Shown: positions 39,872-50,418 of the stretch, one piece after another
Position numbering within the stretch: the first letter of the stretch is position 1
Layout of the letters: every line of letters begins with the position of its first letter
Notes under the pieces: generated by a model
Databases searched by the model: none
Told to the model about the DNA's origin: nothing
The model's input: the letters and a program-made list of their open reading frames with translations, nothing else
DNA from: Chloroflexia bacterium
Lineage (GTDB): Bacteria > Chloroflexota > Chloroflexia > QHBQ01 > JADMIH01
Assembly (NCBI GenBank): GCA_034437815.1
Contig: DAOTTC010000072.1
Span: 15,041-79,040 of the forward strand
DNA length: 64,000 nucleotides
Direction: 5' to 3'
Position numbers and translations under genes: made by a program

Positions 39872-41704
39872 ATGGGCCTCTGGTGCTTTGTGCCGCAATA
39901 CAGGGAAACCCGCACCCCGGACAGGAACTCAGTCTCCTGTCAGTCCCCTTGGGGACCTGCACACGCACATGGCCCCAACGTGAGGCAACATGAGGCAGCA
40001 GAGGAAGAGTATGTTATACTTGACTCGATGTCCTATCGCCCTCACGGAACAGAAAAGACAGACAGACCCGGATCCCAAGCCGAGGATCCAGAGGCCAAGC
40101 GCACGCAACAACTACCCTTGGTGACACCGGCCAACGGCACAGCTAACGCGCCGGCCTCCACGGAAGCGGGGGCTGAAGCCTTGCCCGGACCTGCTCCTTC
40201 AACAGCCCATGCACCCACACCCGCGCTCGCTCCCGAAGCTGAAACAGGCCCAACGACCGGTTCGCAGCCGACGATCCAGCCAGAAGTTCCGCCGGAGTCC
40301 ACGCACGAGCTTAGGGAGAGCGAGGAGGGCGTGCCGCAGGAAACGGTACCGGTGCCTGTGGGGTCTTGGACCTCGAGCGTGGCCGGTGTGTCTGCTCCTT
40401 CTGCTCCGCCGCCACTGCGCGGCACGCGGCCGGCCGAGGTGGTGGGCACGCAAGTGGTGGTGCCCCAGCCCCCGGGTCTGTTCACGCGCGAGTTTAGACG
40501 TGCCCTGCCACCGTGGGCACTGCCCTTCCTGACATTTCAGCCGTTCAGTGTGTGGCTGGGAGCGCGCATCGGGCTGACGGTGCTGGCCCTGCTTGCCGGG
40601 CTGATGTTGCCGGGTCTGCCGCCCAAAGGCACTGCTAACTGGTACGACTCGCCGGGCGGGCCGCCCCTCAATGCCTTTGTGGACCGCGTTGCAGGCGTGT
40701 GGACCCGCTGGGACGGCCAGTGGTACCTCAAGATAGCCACCGAAGGCTACCGCACCGACGACGGCTCGGCGGCTTTCTTCCCCCTGTACCCGTGGGTTTT
40801 GAAGGTGGTGGGCTGGCTGGCCGGCGAGCGTTACATCTGGGCGGGCACTCTCATCTCCTCGTTGTTCTTCCTAGCGGCGCTCATACTGCTTCACCGTCTG
40901 GTGCGGCTCGATTTCCACCCGGAGGACGCCGGTCGCACGGTGTTTTACATCGCAGCGTTCCCCATGGCTTTCTTTTTCTGGGCCGTGTACAGCGAGTCGT
41001 TGTTTCTGTTTCTAGCGGTGGGGGCGGTGCTGGCGGCGCGTACCCAGCACTGGTGGTGGTCGGCGGTAGCCATAGCCTTCGCCGTATGGACGCGCACCAC
41101 CGGTCTGTTGTTGCTGCTGCCGCTTGCTTGGGAGTTGTGGCGAGCCTACCACCCGCCCCCGCCCACCGACCCTACCGCCATGCCCCCGCCCAGACCCCGC
41201 CCTTGGAGCGCGGCTTCGCTGGCGTTGCCTGTGCTGTCGCTGCTGGGCCTGATGGGGTGGGCGGCTTTTCGGTTCGGCGACCCGCTGGCCCAATTGAACG
41301 CCCAGACTGGCTGGAACCGCCAGTTCTCTTGGCCGTGGGAGACGGTGATTAACGGGGTACGGGTGGCTTTGCAGATGCCTTTCCAGTACCAGCCGGAGAA
41401 CCAGAGCTGGACCTATCTGGGTGCGCTTATCTTTGCGTTTGTAGTGGGCGTGCTGTCGCTCCGATGGCTGCGGGGTAGCTACAGCCTGTACCTGTGGGCA
41501 GGCATACTGTTCCCCCTGTTTTCGGCCACTCCACGCAACCCCCTGCTGTCCTACCCGCGCTTCCTTATAGTGCTCTTCCCGGCCTTCATCGTGCTGGCTC
41601 TTATAGGTCGCAACCGCTACGCCCATCAGATAATCACGTGGGTTAGCCTGCTCCTGCTGGCCCTGTACACGATCAGGTTCGCCAACTGGTACTGGGTGGC
41701 CTGA
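39872..41704 (+). CDS. Polytopic membrane glycosyltransferase, PIG-V/Mannosyl_trans2 (GT76)-like, with a Pro/Ala-rich N-terminal region
   Basis: WTRWDGQWYLKIATEGY...AFFPLYPW matches the PIG-V family WD..yfl.IA..GY...AFFPLfP motif. More than 8 TM helices. The start is uncertain; the internal M at ~40030 is an alternative. Confidence 0.45.
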   Translation: MGLWCFVPQYRETRTPDRNSVSCQSPWGPAHAHGPNVRQHEAAEEEYVILDSMSYRPHGTEKTDRPGSQAEDPEAKRTQQLPLVTPANGTANAPASTEAGAEALPGPAPSTAHAPTPALAPEAETGPTTGSQPTIQPEVPPESTHELRESEEGVPQETVPVPVGSWTSSVAGVSAPSAPPPLRGTRPAEVVGTQVVVPQPPGLFTREFRRALPPWALPFLTFQPFSVWLGARIGLTVLALLAGLMLPGLPPKGTANWYDSPGGPPLNAFVDRVAGVWTRWDGQWYLKIATEGYRTDDGSAAFFPLYPWVLKVVGWLAGERYIWAGTLISSLFFLAALILLHRLVRLDFHPEDAGRTVFYIAAFPMAFFFWAVYSESLFLFLAVGAVLAARTQHWWWSAVAIAFAVWTRTTGLLLLLPLAWELWRAYHPPPPTDPTAMPPPRPRPWSAASLALPVLSLLGLMGWAAFRFGDPLAQLNAQTGWNRQFSWPWETVINGVRVALQMPFQYQPENQSWTYLGALIFAFVVGVLSLRWLRGSYSLYLWAGILFPLFSATPRNPLLSYPRFLIVLFPAFIVLALIGRNRYAHQIITWVSLLLLALYTIRFANWYWVA

Positions 41705-41916
41705 TGGCGTGAGCATAAGCATGAGCATATGAGCATAAGTGTGTAAGTGAGCTTGGGGCTTATACCACTTATCCTAGCAAAGGCGATAAAGCAGTGGATG
41801 CAGGGGTGTTCCCCTGTCTGCGGGTACCCTCTGGGTGTGGGGGTACAAGTGTCCCCCACTCCTCCCCGCCTTAATTCATAAGCATGCCCGTAGTTTCTCA
41901 AAAGCAAGGAGGGTGA

Positions 41917-42477
41917 TTGACCGTGTACGCACAGCGTCTGGGTACGGGTGACGACGGATATACCGATCTGCTGGGGCCTGAGCGGGTGCCCAAGTACGAC
42001 CTGCGCCCCACAACATGCGGCACGCTGGACGAGGCCAGCAGCGCGCTCGGTTTGGCCCGCTCCCTCACCTTACAACACAGGGTGCGTGATATCCTGCGCC
42101 GCGTCCAACACGACCTGTATTTGTTGATGGCCGAGATAGCCACGCCTGCGGCCCAGCTTGATAAACTGCCCTACAGAGTAAGCGCCGAACAGGTCGCGTG
42201 GCTGGACGGCCTCATAGCCGAGTTGGAGCGCGAAGTGCAACTGCCCAAGCAGTTCATCTTGCCGGGGGCCAGCCCCGCGTCGGCGGCCATAGACCTTGGC
42301 CGAACCATCGTGCGACGCGCCGAGCGCCATGCCGTGCAGTTGGTGCACGAAGGCCATATGCCCGCCGGCGAGGTGTTGCGCTATCTGAACCGCCTCTCTT
42401 CGCTCCTATTCATCTTGGCCCGCTACGAGGAGCACGTCTCCGGGGTGCCGTTTGACATAGCCAAGAGGGGTGGGTAA
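41917..42477 (+). CDS. PduO-type ATP:cob(I)alamin adenosyltransferase
   Basis: 186 aa: MTVYAQRLGTGDDGYTDLLG...K.D.R......LDEASSALGLAR. Helical-bundle family. Confidence 0.7.
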   Translation: MTVYAQRLGTGDDGYTDLLGPERVPKYDLRPTTCGTLDEASSALGLARSLTLQHRVRDILRRVQHDLYLLMAEIATPAAQLDKLPYRVSAEQVAWLDGLIAELEREVQLPKQFILPGASPASAAIDLGRTIVRRAERHAVQLVHEGHMPAGEVLRYLNRLSSLLFILARYEEHVSGVPFDIAKRGG

Positions 42478-42500
42478 GTAAAGCGCAGGCAGATGCCTGT

Positions 42501-43922
42501 TCACACTTTGTGTCTGGTCCTCAGCCACAGCACAGACAGCAGGGCTACCATGCCCAGCAACATCGTGCCGATGATAATGCCGTTGAAACCCTGATTGAGG
42601 TTCTTCACGAAGAAGCCGCCGCCGCCACTACCGATGAGTTGGCCTATGCCCAGAAACACCGAGTACAGACCCATGACCGCGCCACGGTGCTCCACCCTTG
42701 TGCCTGATATCTCGGCTAGATAAGCCAAGGCCACCGGTGTGAAACCGCTCACCGAAAAGATGCTCAGCACCAAGAGGGGTACCAGCACCCACCCGCCCCA
42801 CGGACCGCTAATCCAGTGGTTGTTGATACCCGCCAACGCCACGCACAGCGTGAACAGGCCGCCTGTGGCGATCAACATCACCGTGGTTTTGCGAATGCGC
42901 GCGTAGGCTAGGCTCCACAGGTAAATGCCCACCATGAACACCAACCCGAAGCCCCCGATGATGAAGCCCGCCTCGCTGCTGCTGAACTTGCCGTACAGCA
43001 ATTGGTTGGGGAACTCATCCGAGCCTACTTTGCCCTCGATAAGCATGGGTAGCACCAGATTGCCCATCAACCCCACCACGGCGTTCACGGCCAGCCACGC
43101 CGGCACGAAACTGCGCAGGGCTGGCTCTTTGAGCACTTCCACGTAAATCTTCAGGCGGTGCTTCAGCAGGCTGCGCACGGGGTGGGGGTCGTTCGCCGCC
43201 ACTTGCGCTATGGCCCTGTGGTGCCTGTGAGCTTCTGCGGGCAGCGACTCCGGCACGAAGAAGAACAACATCAGCGTGGCTACTACATATACCAGCGAGA
43301 TCATAAGGAAGCTGGCTACGTGCAGCGCCTCCCACAGCACGCCGCCCATCATAAAGCCGCTGACAAAGCCCACCAGAAAGCTGATTTCATAAAGGCCCAT
43401 CACACGCCCGCGCAATGCCGCACGCTCCACGCCTTCCCCTTCGGTGGCATCGGCCAGATATCCGAGGGCGCTCGGCACTTTGGCCGCCGTGGATACGCCC
43501 TCCAGCAAGCGCGTAACTCCCAGTATACCCACGCTCAGCGCCACAACCGAGGTGAGGGCGCTGAGTGGGTACAGGAGCATGGCAATTGCCCCCAACAGCG
43601 GGCCAAGCACCAATATCGGCCGCCTGCCACGCAGGTCGCTGATCGCGCCGAACACCGGCGACAGCGTCAATTCGGTGACGTAGAACAGGGCAGACAACGA
43701 GCCTATTAGGTCCGGTCCCGCGTTTATAGCCTGCCTCAAGTACGAACCCAGCACACTCGCAGTCAAAGCCCCTGCCACCCTCAGCACGAGGCTGGAAGCG
43801 ATAACTACCTTGAGAGGGGTGCTTATATGCGATTGCGAACGTTGAGGTGGTTGTGGCGCGTGGGGGTGAAGCTCATGTTCCGCGAGTGTGGTCAGGTCTT
43901 CGGGCGTAATGATCGAGGACAT
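42501..43922 (-). CDS. MFS transporter
   Basis: Twelve TM helices with the MFS loop motif GAISDLRGRR. Start chosen at MSSIITPEDL (ATG 43922). Confidence 0.7.
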   Translation of the reverse strand: MSSIITPEDLTTLAEHELHPHAPQPPQRSQSHISTPLKVVIASSLVLRVAGALTASVLGSYLRQAINAGPDLIGSLSALFYVTELTLSPVFGAISDLRGRRPILVLGPLLGAIAMLLYPLSALTSVVALSVGILGVTRLLEGVSTAAKVPSALGYLADATEGEGVERAALRGRVMGLYEISFLVGFVSGFMMGGVLWEALHVASFLMISLVYVVATLMLFFFVPESLPAEAHRHHRAIAQVAANDPHPVRSLLKHRLKIYVEVLKEPALRSFVPAWLAVNAVVGLMGNLVLPMLIEGKVGSDEFPNQLLYGKFSSSEAGFIIGGFGLVFMVGIYLWSLAYARIRKTTVMLIATGGLFTLCVALAGINNHWISGPWGGWVLVPLLVLSIFSVSGFTPVALAYLAEISGTRVEHRGAVMGLYSVFLGIGQLIGSGGGGFFVKNLNQGFNGIIIGTMLLGMVALLSVLWLRTRHKV

Positions 43923-44208
43923 CAGCGCTCCTGATCTGTGGCATGGGATTATAAATGCCGGGTCGCCTCGTATATGGCAGCAATACACGTATGATACTCA
44001 GTAGATAAGTATAACACATACTCGGTTTGAGACTACGGGTGCCAGTCGCCGATTCTTCCCGGTGCCCCATAGTACTCTTTTCCACCATATCCACTTTTTG
44101 GTCGCACTCAGGCAATATGGTACAATGACATTCTGTGATGCTTTCTGATTCCGCATGGCTGGAAACTGTAAGCGGGAATAAGCGATTTAGAGTTAAGAGG
44201 TTAGCGCT

Positions 44209-46287
44209 ATGTCGTACCACCCCCACAACCCCCTGATTGTGCAGAGCGACCGCTCGCTTCTCCTCGAAGTGGACAACCCGCTGTACGAAGCGGCACGCGA
44301 CGAACTTGCGCGGTTCGCCGAACTGGAGAAAAGCCCGGAGCATATCCATACCTATCGAGTGACGCCGCTGTCGCTGTGGAACGCGGCCTCGGCTGGCATC
44401 ACGGTCGAAGAGGTGCTCGCCACGCTTGAGCGATACAGCAAGTTCGACCTGCCAGCCAATGTGCTGACCGACATCCGCGACTACATCTCGCGCTTCGGCA
44501 GGCTCAAGTTGGTGCGTTCCGAAGGGGGCGACCTGCTCCTGCGGTCCGAGGACCCCATGCTGGTTGCCGAGGTGGCACACCACAAGCACATCCAGCCTTA
44601 CGTGCTGGCCCGGCCCGACCGCAACACCTTGGTGATAGACCCACGCATGCGTGGGCATGTCAAGCAGGCGCTGGTGCAGTTCGGCTACCCGGCGGAAGAC
44701 CTCGCAGGCTACACCGAAGGTGACTATCTGCCTGTCACCCTGCGCCATACCAGCATGGCAGGCGCACCGTTCAGCCTGCGCCCCTACCAGTTGAACGCCG
44801 TAGCTGCTTTCTGGGCCGGAGGCACGGTGCACGGGGGGAGCGGCGTGGTGGTGCTGCCCTGTGGGGCTGGCAAGACCGTAGTGGGCATGGGTGTGATGGC
44901 TCAGGCGCATACCCATACCCTCATCCTCACCCCATCCACCACTGCCGTGCGCCAGTGGATATCTGAACTGCTGGACAAGACCTCGTTGACCGCCGAACAG
45001 GTGGGCGAATACACCGGCGACAGGAAAGAGGTGCGCCCAGTGACCGTCACCACCTACCAGATGCTCACCTACCGCCCATCGGTGAGTGCGGTTAACGAGG
45101 AGACCGGCGAGATCGGCGAGTTCCCACACTTCGAGCTGTTTACGAAGTACAACTGGGGGCTGATCATCTATGACGAAGTACACCTGCTGCCCGCGCCCGT
45201 CTTCCGCATCACCGCCGAGATACAGGCGCGGCGTCGGTTGGGCCTGACCGCCACCCTCGTGCGCGAGGACGGGCGCGAGACAGACGTGTTCTCGTTGATC
45301 GGCCCGAAGAAGTACGACGTGCCATGGAAAGATCTGGAGCGGCAGGGCTGGATCGCCACCGCCGAATGCACCGAAATACGCCTGCCCCTCACCCCTGAAG
45401 AACGCATGGAGTACATGCTCGCCGATGACAGCCGCATCAAGTACCGCATCGCCGCCGAGAACCCCCTGAAGATGGACGTGCTGTCGGCCCTGATAGAGCG
45501 GCACCGCGACGACTGCGTGCTGGTCATAGGCCAGTATCTGGGCCAACTCCAACACATCGCCCGTGAGTTCGGTGCGCCCCTCGTCACCGGTAAGACCCCT
45601 AACGCCGAGCGCGACCGCCTGTATGCCGACTTTCGAGAGGGCAGGCTGAAACTGCTGGTGGTGAGCAAGGTGGCGAACTTCGCCATAGACCTGCCCGATG
45701 CTAACGTAGCCATTCAGGTATCGGGCACATTCGGCTCGCGGCAGGAAGAGGCCCAGCGCCTTGGTCGTATATTGCGCCCCAAGAAAGATGGATCGGTAGC
45801 CAACTTCTACACTCTTGTGACCCATGACACCAAAGATCAGGACTTTTCTACTAATCGCCAACTCTTCCTGACCGAGCAGGGCTACAGGTATAATATCGTT
45901 GATGCGGCCGGCATCCTGCCCGACTTGCCCGCCCGCCTAGCCCGTATGCAAGCTGAATTCGACCGAAAGAAGCTGTCAGGCGAGTTCGATGTAGAGGCCC
46001 TGCTGGCGAAGCGCGGCCTCGATGGCGAGGACGGCAGCGCAGGCAAGAAGGGCACCCGAAGCGAGGCAAAGGTTCAACAGCAACAGCAAGCACAGGAGCC
46101 ACAGCGGCGTCGAAAGGCGCGCCCCGGCCATGGGAGAGGGCAAGCTGAGCAAGAGGCGCAGGCACACCTGCCCGAACTTGAGGCCGACATGGCAGCAGGT
46201 GCGGAGGACCGGCAGTCTGCCACGCGCCGCAGGGGGCGCCCACCCGGACGGCAATCCGGGCGCGACCACCTGCGCCTGATCAAATAG
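44209..46287 (+). CDS. XPB/Ssl2 (ERCC3)-type SF2 DNA helicase with a ~110-aa basic low-complexity C-terminal tail containing an AT-hook-like RGRPPGR
   Basis: N-terminal damage-recognition-like domain; helicase motifs LRPYQ (Q-motif), GAGKT (I), DEVH (II) and TATLVRED (III); motif VI region QRLGRILR. Tail KKGTRSEAKVQQQQQAQEPQRRRKARPGHGRGQ...RRRGRPPGRQSGRD. Confidence 0.8.
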   Translation: MSYHPHNPLIVQSDRSLLLEVDNPLYEAARDELARFAELEKSPEHIHTYRVTPLSLWNAASAGITVEEVLATLERYSKFDLPANVLTDIRDYISRFGRLKLVRSEGGDLLLRSEDPMLVAEVAHHKHIQPYVLARPDRNTLVIDPRMRGHVKQALVQFGYPAEDLAGYTEGDYLPVTLRHTSMAGAPFSLRPYQLNAVAAFWAGGTVHGGSGVVVLPCGAGKTVVGMGVMAQAHTHTLILTPSTTAVRQWISELLDKTSLTAEQVGEYTGDRKEVRPVTVTTYQMLTYRPSVSAVNEETGEIGEFPHFELFTKYNWGLIIYDEVHLLPAPVFRITAEIQARRRLGLTATLVREDGRETDVFSLIGPKKYDVPWKDLERQGWIATAECTEIRLPLTPEERMEYMLADDSRIKYRIAAENPLKMDVLSALIERHRDDCVLVIGQYLGQLQHIAREFGAPLVTGKTPNAERDRLYADFREGRLKLLVVSKVANFAIDLPDANVAIQVSGTFGSRQEEAQRLGRILRPKKDGSVANFYTLVTHDTKDQDFSTNRQLFLTEQGYRYNIVDAAGILPDLPARLARMQAEFDRKKLSGEFDVEALLAKRGLDGEDGSAGKKGTRSEAKVQQQQQAQEPQRRRKARPGHGRGQAEQEAQAHLPELEADMAAGAEDRQSATRRRGRPPGRQSGRDHLRLIK

Positions 46288-46446
46288 CGCAAAACAAAAC
46301 GGGGTACAGGGGAATATACAGCCTCTTGCCACAGCAGGGGTGATGTGCCCCAATGCTATTCTCTGTTCACGGTTGTTTCGACAGGGCTTTCGCCCGCAAC
46401 ACAGATATCATGCCGGTGTAGGGTTGGGCCTTGTGCCCGCCCGTGC

Positions 46447-46590
46447 TCCGGAAACTGGCACCATTGGTTATAAATTGTGGGGGAAGGGAGAATTTGGAGC
46501 GCCCTCGCACCCAGAGGGTACCCGCAGGCAGGGGAGCGCCCCTGCACCCCCAGTATTTATCGCCTTTGCTAGGATAACCGATATTACGTA
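46447..46590. repeat. Family-1 MITE-like repeat copy (long form: GCTCCGGAAACTGGC, TTATAAATTGTGG, CGGGTACCC, GCAGGGGAGCGCCCCTGC, TATTTATCGCCTTTGCTAGGATAAC)
   Basis: Shares all modules with the copy at 22360-22590 (reverse orientation) and with 41758-41870 and 32610-32760. Confidence 0.7.
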
Positions 46591-46597
46591 TTTTTGA

Positions 46598-47965
<1,368 letters not shown>

Positions 47966-47973
47966 GGCCCCGG

Positions 47974-49449
47974 TCAGGGCAGGCTCAGCCATGGCACCCC
48001 GGTCCACGCACCCAGCATGCCCACCACATGGCCGGACGCGACGAACAGGATTATCTGCACCGCAATCAGCACAAGCACCTGCAAGCGCACAGGGGCGCGC
48101 AACCACCCCTTAAGTTGAAAACCATAAAGATAAGGGGGTGCGCTTGGCTGGCGTGGCCGCGCGCCGAACAGGCCCAACCACGCGATGGCCGTGAGCGTCG
48201 AGCCTGACAGGAGCACCGCCAACCATGCACCGCCCGCACCCGCGGCTGCCTGCGATACCATCAAGGTTCCGGCGAAGCCCCCGAAGGGCGGCAACCCCAA
48301 CATAGAAGCCACTCCTACCAGCAGGCCCACCCCCCTCCAGTTGCCGGCCACATCGGCGGCATTGGGCTTGCCGCACATTACCAGCAGGGGCACGGTCGCC
48401 GCCATGTTCAGCGCAAGCAGCACCGCGCCGATCGCTCCTGATTCAGACCCTGACAACACGCCGAACAGTGCCCACGCCGTCTGAAGCGCGGCGCTCGCGG
48501 CGATAAGGGTTGGTATCGCATGATCGGCGTTTCGGGTGCGAGCCGTATCCACCACCGCCAGCGCGCGCACGCCCGCGAGCACCGCGCCCAGCGCCCCCAG
48601 CCAGCTTGCCCCCCCGCCCGTCAGGCTGCCCTCCAATGGGGCAAGCATGAGCAGCCCTGACAGCACCACCGCCGGGACGACCGCGCCCAGCACCATCATG
48701 GCGACGCCGGGTGCGGCCCGCACCAGATCGGCCATTGCCATCGAAAAGGGCGTGGCCTCGGCTCTCATCATCAACCCTACTGAAAGCAACCCCGTGCCGA
48801 GTTGCAGCAAGGCCCTGTTCTCCAGACTGAAGGCATAACGGCTTATCAGCAACGCACCCGCAACCAGCAATGCCGTGCCCAACACAGCGATCGCCAGATG
48901 TTTGATTGCGCCCGCCATGCGTCTGGCGAGCAAAGCCCTCTCCGCATCATCGTAACCGTGCCGCAGAACCACCCCCGGCCTGCTCACCGCCACAGCCGAT
49001 GCGGTTAGCGCCGCCCCAAACAAGCAGAGGGCTGTGATTATGCGGTCCTGTGCCATGAGCGCAGCGCCCAACAGAGTGGAGGTCAGCAGGGCCGCCAGCA
49101 ACGTCCAGAACGGCTGGACGCTGTAGCCGGGCGTGTCTGCGCCTTCGGCCCAACTCGACAGTACCGAAGCCAGCAATGCGATGTTGGCGGCAAGCAACCC
49201 CAGTCTGGATGGCGGGGGTAGCGCGAGGTCAAGCCCCAACACAGACAGGGCGGCGTCGCCCTGCGCGAATCCCACCAGCAGTATTTCGAGCAGCAACCCG
49301 GCACACACAACCGCCGGCACCAACCTGTCCAGCCAGATCGCTGGTCGCTGTGGAATTCGTGTAGAGCGCGCAACCGCCGCCATCAGGGATGTCAGAGCGG
49401 CGGTGAGCAGTGGCACCAACAGCGCCCATGCGACTGCGTGCTCAATCAT
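47974..49449 (-). CDS. Complex-I antiporter-like membrane subunit (NuoN/NuoM/MrpD-like, Proton_antipo_M family), divergent and Ala-rich
   Basis: 491 aa with ~14 TM helices. A remnant of the family motif G.PP..GF appears as LGLPPFGGFAG. Last gene of the 5-gene module. Confidence 0.45.
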   Translation of the reverse strand: MIEHAVAWALLVPLLTAALTSLMAAVARSTRIPQRPAIWLDRLVPAVVCAGLLLEILLVGFAQGDAALSVLGLDLALPPPSRLGLLAANIALLASVLSSWAEGADTPGYSVQPFWTLLAALLTSTLLGAALMAQDRIITALCLFGAALTASAVAVSRPGVVLRHGYDDAERALLARRMAGAIKHLAIAVLGTALLVAGALLISRYAFSLENRALLQLGTGLLSVGLMMRAEATPFSMAMADLVRAAPGVAMMVLGAVVPAVVLSGLLMLAPLEGSLTGGGASWLGALGAVLAGVRALAVVDTARTRNADHAIPTLIAASAALQTAWALFGVLSGSESGAIGAVLLALNMAATVPLLVMCGKPNAADVAGNWRGVGLLVGVASMLGLPPFGGFAGTLMVSQAAAGAGGAWLAVLLSGSTLTAIAWLGLFGARPRQPSAPPYLYGFQLKGWLRAPVRLQVLVLIAVQIILFVASGHVVGMLGAWTGVPWLSLP

Positions 49450-50323
49450 CGGTTGCCGGAACCTCCGTCGTTGTTGTGGGCATCTTTTCTAACCCTTCGA
49501 CCTGCCGCTCGGTCCGCAAGCCCTCGTGCGCCGAAGGTGTATGCCTGTCTGCGTCTTCAGTTATGGGAACGAGGGACGTGTCTGTGGGGAAGATGCCTTC
49601 CCGAGCGTCGAACAGCGCATCGAGATCGAACCTGACGAAAGCCAGCCTGAGCATGAGCCAGCCGTAAGACATTATGGCGGCGAAGGCCAATCTACCCGCG
49701 GCCAGCAGGGCGAGGAACATCGGCCCCGGCTCGACCGCGCTCAGGTTGACCGTGAGCAATATGAGGCCGTTTATCAGCGCCAGCAACCCACCGGCCAGCT
49801 TCACCGGATTGCGCGCCCCATCCACCACCAGCGCGAGCACTCCAGCCAGCACCAACCAGTACAGTGCCAGCTCGGTCTGCTCGTCCCCACCTAAGGGGTA
49901 CAACCGCGCCAGTCCAACCCCGGCCACCCCGCCCGCGAGCACTATGGCCCACAACCAGAGCTGGTCTGTGAGCTTTGCCGGCCTCTGGCCCCGCCCCACT
50001 TGCTGTTCCTGCTCCTCGCTGCGCCGCAGGGTTGCCAACTGTGCCGGTTCCAGCCCCGGCAGTTGTTCCGGTCGGATGCGTTTCAGGGCGTACAGGGTGA
50101 AAGCCATGACGGCTACGCTGGCCGCGGCGGTCACCATCTCTACGACCACCACGGCACTCGCCCCACCCGATCCCGCCTGCACACCCTGCGCTTCGCCTGC
50201 CACCAGCGCCACGCCCACCCACTGCACGAGCAGCGCGCCGAGCAGCGCCCGTCCACCCTTCAGCGTTACGAGCGCAATGCTCCCCACTACCAGCAGAATC
50301 AGCGAAATAGACATGGCATGCAT
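49442..50323 (-). CDS. NuoK/MrpC-like small membrane subunit, fused or extended with a NuoJ/MrpB-like region and an acidic C-terminal tail
   Basis: The first ~100 aa align with the NuoK pattern (SISLILLVVGSIALVTLKGGRALLGALLV...VVVEMVTAAASVAV). The middle contains an NPV...GxL segment reminiscent of NuoJ. Overlaps the downstream gene by 8 nt. Confidence 0.4.
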   Translation of the reverse strand: MHAMSISLILLVVGSIALVTLKGGRALLGALLVQWVGVALVAGEAQGVQAGSGGASAVVVVEMVTAAASVAVMAFTLYALKRIRPEQLPGLEPAQLATLRRSEEQEQQVGRGQRPAKLTDQLWLWAIVLAGGVAGVGLARLYPLGGDEQTELALYWLVLAGVLALVVDGARNPVKLAGGLLALINGLILLTVNLSAVEPGPMFLALLAAGRLAFAAIMSYGWLMLRLAFVRFDLDALFDAREGIFPTDTSLVPITEDADRHTPSAHEGLRTERQVEGLEKMPTTTTEVPATDD

Positions 50324-50388
50324 ATCAACGAATCGGTGGGCCGTTGGGGTTTGCTTTGTGCAGAGCCGGGTTCAAACGGGTAGCGCCC

Positions 50389-50418
50389 TCTATCTGGTCT
50401 ATCTGGTCTATCTGATAG
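50389..50418. repeat. 9-bp tandem repeat (TATCTGGTC)3 spanning the stop codon of the NuoL-like gene
   Basis: Read directly. On the minus strand it reads AGA TAG ACC x3, giving three consecutive in-frame TAG stops. Confidence 0.9.

Noticed and set aside
43873-45861. 662-aa minus-strand ORF
   Set aside because: It lies antisense to the clearly supported XPB helicase gene. Its composition is low-complexity and Arg/Gly-rich with no motifs: a shadow ORF typical of high-GC DNA.
50361-50400. tRNA-like T-arm motif (GGGTTCAAACGGG)
   Set aside because: No complementary acceptor or T-stem and no CCA context. It lies in the short gap between two membrane-subunit genes. Not a tRNA.
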